A stretch of 33,737 nt of DNA from contig ADNK01000205.1 of NCBI GenBank assembly GCA_000320545.1, positions 1 through 33,737 of the forward strand. Reading direction: 5' to 3'. Positions 12,953 to 22,109 of the stretch are shown here, piece after piece. The translations under genes and the position numbers were made by a program. A model generated the notes under the pieces. That model made no database searches, was not told where the DNA came from, and saw nothing but the letters and a program-made list of their open reading frames with translations. How positions within the stretch are numbered: the first letter of the stretch is position 1; each line of letters starts with the position of its first letter. Source of the DNA: Bigelowiella natans CCMP2755 (lineage: Eukaryota > Protista > Cercozoa).

Positions 12953-15031
12953 ATGGCCTCAGCGGAGGCTGATCTCAGCGAGCGTGAAAAGCTTCGAGAC
13001 AGGCAAAACCCCTTGAGTTCTCTCGCGTCCATCTCCGAAAGTGTGGGCTCTTGTTGCAACAAAGGGCTCGATCATGATATTGACAAGAAGAAGCGGGAGG
13101 AAAAGATAGGAGTGCAAGGAGCGCGAGGTCTACAAACGAGTGTTCAGAGTTGGGAGGTGTCTGAAGTCGCTCGCTTCTTCGAGCAAGAGATAAAGACACA
13201 CCCAGAGATTGCAGAGGCTATCCGCGAGCACGAGATTGACGGTGCGACGCTGAAACTGCTCAATCTAGACGCTTTACACAAAATGGGAATCCAGAGAGTT
13301 GGGCTTGCATGCCGATTCCTGCAACTGAGGGACGGGTTGTTGGACAAAGGCACGAGCCCTATGAAAGCTAGGAAGGTCTTGCAGAGATGGAAGGTTCTCG
13401 AAGACAGAGGCGCATTCTATCTTGAGGAAGACAACCTTGAAAAGAAAGAAGCTGCTTCTTCTTCTCCCATGGCCAGCCCAGCTACCCTGTCGAATAGGCA
13501 ATTGAAGTGTTTTGATCTGAAGCGGGAATACGCTGTCTGTGTTGATGGCAGTTGCTATCAGGTGGGGCGTTCCAACCTTTCTAAGGGGATGCTGGATATG
13601 GACCTTGATTTAATGATTGAGAAGATGTCGAGCAGTGATTCTGTCGATATCATAACGAAAGATACGCCTCAGACGGCCTTCCTGTGCCTCTACGCGACGT
13701 TAGATAGACTGAACTACGGCGAGCAGACTTTTGATATCTCAGGGAAACTTCGTGTGTTTTGGCGAGAACCCGAGATCTTCTTGCGCGGACTGGCATATGA
13801 GGAGGAAAGGGAAGAAGATGAAGATGAGTCTCATATACTTAGCTCCTACTCGTTCACCAAAATAAAACTAGACGAGCGGGAGGGGAGGAATTTGCCTTGC
13901 GAGTCTTCGTCGCTCTTCTATGGGAGTGTCCCCGGTAAGTTCAATAAGGTGAGCGAGAGATTTAGTTACTGCTACAAGACCGAGGTTGTAAATTGGAGTA
14001 TCTTCTTCCGGGCGACGATTTTTAGTTCCATGCACTTGCAGCGGTTTCCCTTCGATAGGCAGGCACCTTCCATATTCATTCGGACAAATCCAAACTGGGA
14101 GATCCTTCCAAGGCCTCCCGCAGCGTGGAGAATTCCTTCCAGATTCCGGTGGGACGTAGCGCATATCCTACCCGACCCCCTTGTTGAGGTTGAATGCAAG
14201 ATGCTGGAACCTTGGGTTCAAATCGACGCAGAGAATCACCGAGTTTTGATCATGATGCGCGTGCAGCGGATCGCTTCCTTCTTCACAGTCAACTTTATCT
14301 TCCCTCTGTTTATCACCGCCTCATTCACGCTCTCGGCGCTCTTTGTGCATCCATACGACTACGATGGCCTGGCCAACCGAATCACGATCATTTTGACGTG
14401 CCTGCTCACGACCACGGCTTTTGGTTTCAACAAGCCGAAAGAGATCCCTCGACTGAAGTACTTCAGCTTTCTAGACAAATATGTCATTGCCAACCACTTT
14501 TGGTACTTAATCATGGTTATCGAGACCATATTAGCTTCAACAACTCGCACGCTAGAAATCGACATGTACTTTGGGTGCACGTTCGCCGTGGCTTGGCTAG
14601 TTCTCCACATTGTGGGGGCGACGGGGTACTTGTGGCTTGAGTGGGGATTTCAGCCTTGGGACATTGTGATGACCAAGAATAGAAAATATACGTGGAAGAA
14701 AATCCAGGCGAGGAGGGAACAGAACGAGTATGCGAAGGATGAGAAGAGGAGGCTAAGCTTCCTCTCAGATGATTCATCCCTAGCAGCTATGACTTTAAAA
14801 GCAAACATTGCCCCCATTACATTTCAGGATTCAGGAAAGGCTCGACACAAAACCGGGAAAGTGATGCTACGTTCAGCTCGTGCGCACGCAATGCAACTGC
14901 GCTCCAAAAACATATCTGCAGATGTTCGGCTTCGAGCTGTGAGTAGTGCTGTGCATGAAACTGCGAAGAGAGACCGAACTAGTGTTGTTGCGAAAGAATC
15001 TCTAATGAATGATGAACGCTACAAACTGTAA
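12953..15031 (+). CDS. Cys-less (Pro-loop) pentameric ligand-gated ion channel subunit with N-terminal SAM domain
   Basis: SAM pattern VQSWEVSEVARFF...IREHEIDGATLKLLNLDALHKMGIQRVG at aa about 64-130. pLGIC hallmarks: QTFDISGKLRVFWREP, LQRFPFDRQ Pro-loop, pre-M1 Arg (VQRIASFFTVNFIFP), M2 RITIILTCLLTTTA, M2-M3 loop IPRLKYFSFLDKY, four TM helices. Confidence 0.9.
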   Translation: MASAEADLSEREKLRDRQNPLSSLASISESVGSCCNKGLDHDIDKKKREEKIGVQGARGLQTSVQSWEVSEVARFFEQEIKTHPEIAEAIREHEIDGATLKLLNLDALHKMGIQRVGLACRFLQLRDGLLDKGTSPMKARKVLQRWKVLEDRGAFYLEEDNLEKKEAASSSPMASPATLSNRQLKCFDLKREYAVCVDGSCYQVGRSNLSKGMLDMDLDLMIEKMSSSDSVDIITKDTPQTAFLCLYATLDRLNYGEQTFDISGKLRVFWREPEIFLRGLAYEEEREEDEDESHILSSYSFTKIKLDEREGRNLPCESSSLFYGSVPGKFNKVSERFSYCYKTEVVNWSIFFRATIFSSMHLQRFPFDRQAPSIFIRTNPNWEILPRPPAAWRIPSRFRWDVAHILPDPLVEVECKMLEPWVQIDAENHRVLIMMRVQRIASFFTVNFIFPLFITASFTLSALFVHPYDYDGLANRITIILTCLLTTTAFGFNKPKEIPRLKYFSFLDKYVIANHFWYLIMVIETILASTTRTLEIDMYFGCTFAVAWLVLHIVGATGYLWLEWGFQPWDIVMTKNRKYTWKKIQARREQNEYAKDEKRRLSFLSDDSSLAAMTLKANIAPITFQDSGKARHKTGKVMLRSARAHAMQLRSKNISADVRLRAVSSAVHETAKRDRTSVVAKESLMNDERYKL

Positions 15032-15059
15032 CAAATCTGGAAACCGTCTTAATATAGTT

Positions 15060-15380
15060 GACTGTCATTTGCAACATTCGCATCTTCGCCATGTCATGTG
15101 CACCTGTCAGCAACAATGGATGTCCTTTGATGACACCTGCTGGCACAAAACAAAGAATGCCGGTGTTGATCGGCTCTTGAAAGCTGCTTCGAAAGCGCTC
15201 TCGATGGATCTTAAACACTATTTCATCTTCATGGTTCCTGATGAGGCCTCTAGAACAGGGAGAGAGATCATTGGGGATTGCAAGGCGCAGGTGTATGTGA
15301 CTTCGAAAGGCGAAAAACTTAAGACTCATCCCAAAGCAGATATTGCGCAGCTGTTGTTTCCCTTCCCAATTCAGGTGTGA
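15060..15380 (+). pseudogene. Decayed coding fragment resembling the C-terminal restriction-endonuclease-like part of Crinkler/RHS proteins
   Basis: HKTKNAGVDRLL...YFIFMVPDE...KAQVYVTSKG...IAQLLF resembles my recollection of CRN REase C-termini (HxIKxxG...FxFVVP...Q.Y.T...Q). The fragment is rich in Cys/His and has no credible start. The family call is pattern recognition only. Confidence 0.45.
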
Positions 15381-16029
15381 TGATGAACAAGACACATGCA
15401 AGTTCCATCACCTGCCTCACAGCACCTAGATGCACATCTCGACTCAAAGAGAGGCAAACAAAGAGACAGGATTCTGGCACAGATCGAAACGAGAAAATTG
15501 TGGGCAGGCTAGCAGGCGGAGAGCAAATGACGTGATGTCATTTTGATGAAGATCATTTTGATGAAAGACATGTGCTGTGCCCATGATTTTTCCCATGTCA
15601 TTCTAGCAATTCAGTTCAGCAGCAGGTCGTCAGTAGGAAATTTTTCACGTTGCGCATTTTTGCAAATTTTGCTACTGCCGATGGTGGGGAAATGTGCAAG
15701 TGAAGTGTGAGGCATGGTTGTCAACTAGTGTCACCCAGCAGCACAAGCTTGTGCACATCGCATTGCGCTGCAATGTGAGGATGATGAACAAGCAAGCGCA
15801 GAAATGAAAACAAAAAAAGAGCACCTAGTGGCTTGCTTCGTCACAGCAAGTCTGTGTGGCATCCTCGCTGATGACTGTGCAATTCATTGTGGCCATGCAT
15901 CGCACGTCTAGACGTGTGTGCCCACTAGCATACGTCGTGCAATCGGCACGCGAGCTTGCATTGCACATCGTCAATCACAGAAGCATGATGAGTGACTTGC
16001 TAGCTTGCCTGCTGCACCTGCTAGCCTGG

Positions 16030-16066
<37 letters not shown>

Positions 16067-16612
16067 TAGCCAGACTGTGCAGACAGCCACCTAGCTAGCT
16101 AGAACAACATTGGGACACATGGACTTTCAGTCCCTGCAGGGAGCCACGCGGAGCTGCGTTGTGCATGTGCTGCTCATCGCAATGCAAGCTAGCAAGTGAC
16201 TTGCACAAGAGTCGCTCTAGGCGTGTGTGTTCTCTGCGACCCGGCTAGCCGGTTCCTGACGCACAGCTAGGGTGTGATGCTTTGTGCAGCGTGATTTTCG
16301 TCCGCAGCTTAGATTCACATTGAATTTGGGTGCAGCATTCGATGTCACATGTGTGGGTTTTGCACAGTGGTTGCCCACGCGGCATGCAAGCACACGCGAA
16401 TCAAACGTGCGTGCATTCAGCAGCACCATGCATGCGGCTGGTTTGCTATGCATTTTGATGCGCTTAATTGTCATTGCATGGATAGAAGACACAGTGGCGT
16501 TTCATCGTGGTTCATCATGGGTCGTCATGGGACCCATTCGGGCTTGCACAACTCTAGAACTGCGTGCTTAGTCGGGAAAAACAGCGCAACAGTGTGTGTG
16601 CATGTGCATGTG

Positions 16613-16646
<34 letters not shown>
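15060..16646. repeat. TpA-depleted, TG/CA-rich, CTAG-rich tract; probable degenerate repeat or transposon relic
   Basis: Manual count for 15361-16560: about 25 TA dinucleotides, 18 of them in CTAG. The tract lies between two convergent gene ends. Confidence 0.7.
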
Positions 16647-16648
<2 letters not shown>

Positions 16649-16672
16649 AGTTTTTGTTCAATAGATCTCAAT

Positions 16673-17320
16673 TCACGCGATGAATTCCAGAGGCCACTCG
16701 GTACTATTCTCAATCTTTGGCCTAAGCCTGCTGTTGCGATTTGACGGCTTGGTCACGCTTGCTTCTATCAAATCGTTCTTTGTTGTACCTACCCCAACTG
16801 ACCTGACAATGTTTTGCAGAGTTGAATTCTTGCAACATAAGTGGAATGTGAAGAAGAATGGTGTTGGGGGAAAAGGAATAAACGCACACAGACGTACGCA
16901 CGCACTCAATAATACTCCCTTGCCTCAATACCATCATAATTTTTGCGATTTTGTTAGAAGCCCAGCGGATGGTCTCAGCGTCCTGGAAGAAGATGGATGA
17001 TGAATTAAGCGTGCACAGCTACCAACAGAAACGCACCAACTTTCATCTGCCTTTGTACCTTCGCCGGAAGATTCGACAATGCTTCTCCTCCATGGTCTAG
17101 GCACCACCTAAGAAAGCAGGAAAGAGCATCATAACCCGCCTTCTAGTTTTACCCACCGCTGTCGTCGTCATCATCATCAATCTAGATACGGTGTATAGTA
17201 GTACTGAGGAATGGAGTTTCCCGTGAGCCACATTGAGAGCTGCGACAGGGGAGAATGAATAGGAAAGGGACACACAGAGAGAGGCAGCAAAGCTCAAGAT
17301 GCGCAATTCAACGAGATCTC

Positions 17321-17361
<41 letters not shown>

Positions 17362-17868
17362 ATCTCGCAAAAAACGCATCTTGTGTCAAACGTCTCTGGC
17401 TTCGCACTCATCACCAGGCAGCTCACACATGTCAACTCCTCCATTGTTGCGACAACCAGCAATATCTCTCCACTTGCTCCATCCCTTTTTTGCCCCCCCC
17501 CCCCCCCCCTCCTTTCCCCTCTCCCAACATTAACTGCACATGGCATTTTGCGTGCGAAGGAAAACGATTGAATGTGTGTGAGTGCAAAAAAAATGTGACT
17601 AGGTGAGTATGTGGTGAGTGTGGGATGGGGAGAGAGAGAGTTTGACACGTGTAGATCTACCGTACTCCCACTACTACTACAACTACCTCCTGTGCGAAGT
17701 TGTGGCAGTTGTTATGAAAGCAGTCGTATCTGCGATGAGTATAGTAATGAACGGATCGGGTGGTCATCATGTGAATTTTATTAAGACGAAGATACAACCA
17801 CCAGACGTGCTATTGGACGATTTTATCGGCATTTTTATCATCATCCTAACTGCAACAAGATCCCACTA

Positions 17869-17901
<33 letters not shown>

Positions 17902-20072
17902 TATCATTATCATTATGCCAATTGCATCATTTTCGTACGTTTCGACATTGAACTTTTCCCGCAACTCTTCAAGATATTCCTGGACCTGAGGAGGGAGGGT
18001 GGGGGGGGGAGAGGGGATTATTGGTGGCAACAGAAAACACAGAGAAGTGAAGATGCGACAGCAATAACAATACAATCACTCGAGATGGAGATCACGTCTT
18101 GGAAATGACGATGTCAACCCTTTCTCATCATACCTCTTCGTGTGTTTTGCTGGTTTCTCCTAGATCCACGATTTCAGCCGGCGCGTAGCCGAAGCGCACT
18201 TCAACTAAGTCAGTAAACGATGACAACAGCGGCACCGCACAACTACATCTCAGTGTTGATGATGCAGATTGAATTTAGATGATAGGCTTGGAGAAAGAGG
18301 AGGAGGATTAGGAGGACAGAGGGGAACAGTTGTGTTCGTGATGTATGCATCATTCAATTCATGTGCTTCATCGCAAGTACTTCCTTTTAAGCTTTCTTCG
18401 TTTACTTGGTGGTCAAACCTAGTAAGGTCACAGCCAGGCACGATATATTATGAGAGAACAATGATGCGAAATCTCGTGCGTTTCGTATAGTTTTTCCCTC
18501 GACGTGCACGTGGTCGCACTTTTCTACTGTACTAATCATCACCAAAATTCCGATCCAAAAGCTCCGACGGCCACTTGCGTAGAAGGAAAAACGTGGGGAA
18601 GAAGAAGAAGGTTAAAAGGAAGAAAGAGAAGAGGAAGAGTAAGGAGAAGAGGAAGAAGAAGAAGCACCAGCAAAAATGCAGATTCAGTGCATTGCAGTGG
18701 GATGTGTTAACATGCACGCAGAATCCACGAACATACGCAAACGGCCTGGAAATGGTTACAAATAAGGAACTATTACCGGCCTCACCACTGCTACTGTTTT
18801 GGTTGCTACTGCTGCTGCTACTATTACTGCTAGAATTGTTACGACTACCGTGATATATTTCATTGTAGTCTTTCTTCAAGGCCCTGGCATAGAATTGAAG
18901 TTTATACACACATGTTTGAAGAGGCGGTGGCGTCATGCACAGGAATGTACGTCATATGCATATGGAGTATTGGCCCACAATTGTACGCCAAAATTTCCAG
19001 GAAGGAGGAAGATAGGAGCTTCACGCATAGGAGCATACTCATACACAATTTCACAGAGAATGAGAAAGAGAAGGGGGGGGGGGCGAGAGAGAGAGAGAGA
19101 GAGAAAATGAGAAGTACAAGCGCACACGTGTGTATGCGACGCTATTTCCGTTCTCACTCATAACATCTTACTTTGAGCCTAATCGCGATAACCCGTATTT
19201 GTCGATGTTATATATCCGCAGCACAACCTTTTCCTTATTCTGGCCATCACTCCCATGCTCCTCGGGAGGAACCGAGCCCCCATGAGCACCCCCTTCTGCT
19301 TTCTCTTTGCCCAACTCATTTTCCCTGCTGCTGCTGCTGCTGCTGACGCACAGGTCAGGTCTAGAGCTCCCGTAGTTTCTGTGGCGAAGAACTCCAAGGT
19401 TGGGCAAATGCCGCCTGTCTGTGGAGAAGCTCGTTGCGAGTTGTTTGGGGATGCTGATTTTCCTCCATCCGCTCACGATCGACTCACTTCCTCGAGATCG
19501 GGCGCCTGGTGCAGATGTTGCGAATGAGTTTCCCTTAACACGCTGAACAAGCGTTGTCCTTCAAAATGTCATATTCAAGACCTGAAATAGGTGACGCTAG
19601 CATCTGTACTCCTATCTGCTCGGCGGATAACTTCGCCGAAAAGCTTCGATAGGCGAAGAAGGAGGTCGCCATTACGCAGATCAGGGCTAGGCCTGGGAGA
19701 GGCCGTGAGGAGAGCCATGATGACCTGCGACATTTTCATATTTCGCGACAACGATGGTAAACTCAGAACTCGAGGGGAAAGAAATGATGCAAAGTCAAAC
19801 CTCACGACCATCGCCCTACGATTAAGAAAGACTGAAGTCTTGTCAGATGAGGGGAGAGATGAGAAGCCGTTGTCAACTACCAAACCTAATGGGAATCGTC
19901 GTCAAAACGGAATTTTTCTCACAAATCTTGCATCAGCCCAAGGAATCACCATCGCAACTGTTTTAATGAGTGCTTTTCTAAAAGATTTTTGATTTTCCTC
20001 CACCAGTCTCATCCGCTTCTCCACACTGTTCTGCATGTCAAGTACCCTACACTCCGGTCTCGTGGCAGCCAT
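16673..20072 (-). CDS. Uncharacterised multi-exon protein gene with microsatellite-rich introns
   Basis: Protein-like minus-strand blocks bounded by AG/GT: MAATRPECRVLDMQNSVEKRMRL..., SQVIMALLTASP..., VVLRIYNIDKYG, LCEIVYEYAPMREAPIFLLPG, VYKLQFYARALKKDYNE, EVRFGYAPAEIVDLGETSKTHEE|VQEYLEELREKFNVET. Full exon chain and ends not resolved, and no family recognised. Confidence 0.55.
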
Positions 20073-20233
20073 CCAGCTCGGGACGGCAGGGTTTAGTGCA
20101 GGCGCATCTGCGACATCAAAACGCAAGTGTCTTATCTACGAAATTCCCCTACAATTTCCTAACTTTTACCTCTCTGCGACAACTGGCTGTGGTTCTTTTG
20201 GGGGAGATTTGCATTTTCATCCTGCGACTAGCA

Positions 20234-20525
20234 ATGGCCTTGTCGGTAGGGCGAAAATCTCACGCCTTTAACTATGTGCTCGAGGACGACAAAACCAAAA
20301 GCGCAACACTGCCAAACGATGGTGATTTTCTCGTCTTTTCTGATGAAAACGGTGAGCGGCAGCTTGCACTGCTTGCAAACCCAACTCCAAGAACTTTTTT
20401 CTTGGCACATCGGCCAAGGAGGGGGTTTTGTTATTGCGACAACGGATGAACTGAGTCGCAGGTGAGAATTACTTTTGTTTTCCTGTGAGAGACAGATGAT
20501 CTTCGGACACCTCCGGATGAAACGC
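20234..20525 (+). pseudogene. Small spliced gene or gene fragment, apparently interrupted by the repeat starting at 20526
   Basis: ATG at 20234 (MALSVGRKSHAFNYVLEDDK...FSDEN). A GTGAGC...CCAAG intron (20352-20391) joins in phase to ELFSWHIGQGGGFVIATTDELSR. A second GTGAGA donor follows at 20462, then the repeat. Confidence 0.4.
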
Positions 20526-20646
20526 CAAGTCCTCGCAATGATTGTTGTTGAGGCTTTGCTGCATGCACACGCCTGTCTCCCATGTGGTTCTGGCGCATGC
20601 AGATTTGATTGACATTTTGTTCATTGTTCATTGCTCATTGACAATT
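20526..20646 (-). repeat. Dispersed repeat copy A, about 120 bp, possibly a mobile-element terminus ending GAGGACTTG
   Basis: Its reverse complement (tgcatgcgccagaaccacatgggagacaggcgtgtgcatgcagcaaagcctcaacaacaatcattgcgaggacttg) closely matches 28965-29040. Confidence 0.85.
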
Positions 20647-21041
20647 CAATGGAATGCATTTGGTGTCATGTCACACTTTGGAGATGCAGTTTTTCATCAT
20701 TGTTCATTGTTCATTGCATGATTCAAAAAGACAAAACCAACTCAGCACCGCCTCGGCTCGTGCATTCTGGCAATGCTACGCGCAACAGCTGGAAGACAAG
20801 TCTCGATGTCAAAACAAAAAATCGCACACGACCCAGACATGAACGATGTCAACACCGAGTGCACTCTAGCACTGGTGTGAAATCCAGCTCAGACTAGCTA
20901 GCTAGCAGAGGGTGTGCCACAAGCGCAGCGCCATGGCTGCAAACATTTGTTGTCACATGTTGACCACAGCACAATTTGCGTGGTCCCTGTTTTTGTTCCG
21001 GAGATTCTTGCAACATTGCAACATCATGACACTTCATACAC

Positions 21042-22036
21042 TTAGAAATCGTCTACAAAGAATTCCATCTCTACTCTAAAATTGTCTGCGAAGATCTCAT
21101 GCTTCTTATCCTTACAGGCCTTATCCAATTCGGGCTTAAACAATGTGTATTCAAAGTAGCCAGGTTTCCCAGGTACAGGATGTAAGAACCTCGTGTTAAT
21201 CCAAAAATGGAACAATTTTTGCTTCTTAGCCATGAATGCTCCCTTGTCGTAAGTAAATGTAAATTTTGCATCGTCACTCAATCTCACAATTCCAGATTGG
21301 CCTGATGTAAAAAGCAAGTAATCCAAACCCGGTCGTCTGGTGCATTTAACTTTTCCCTTGGATTTCCAAATGTTTTCTTTTAAATCGTTGCACTTGGGCG
21401 TTGGAGACCAAATAGAAAAGTGAACATGTTCATTCCGACATGGATTTGGGATTGGCAGAAGGGAGACACGCATCAATTTCACAATACGTTTGTCAGGTAT
21501 TGGAGCAAATTTCGGTGGCATGGGAATTTTCTCTCCACGAAAAGTTTTTGCGTTTTCTCCTCGTTTATTCCTAAGGAACCTTTCAAAGTATAATACATAT
21601 CGGCGCTGGCTCGGTATAGTGACTCCTTTCTGATTTTTAGTTCGTTTCACAGCAAAAAACCGCAATGCACGGTCTGCCGTGAACCATTGATGGGCAAATA
21701 TGAAATAACAAGAGATTAAGAAGCCCGTGCGCCCCTTTCCAGCCTTGCAATGTATTGCAGCAATCCCTTTCCCTTTTCGGAGGAAAAATGCTCTTAGCTC
21801 TTCACAGAATGGCTCTATCATGCTAAAAGGGCATGGATTATGATCATGAAATCCCATCCGAGTCACGCAATTCTGAGTATATTGTGGTAATGATAATGGC
21901 TATAATAGTCGAATTAGGGAACAATTGAACTATCAACCTCAAACTTTGTGTGGTCGTAGTCTCGTCCCTTTTCGATGCAAAGATTCCAAATCCAATACTG
22001 ACCTTGGTGTCGTTCCTTAAAGAATCTATTCACAGG

Positions 22037-22109
<73 letters not shown>

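Noticed and set aside
15060-16620. Ordinary CpG-methylation decay or fungal RIP as the cause of TG/CA richness
   Set aside because: CpG remains frequent and TpA is lost rather than gained, the opposite of both processes. Formal exclusion needs consensus-based polarisation.
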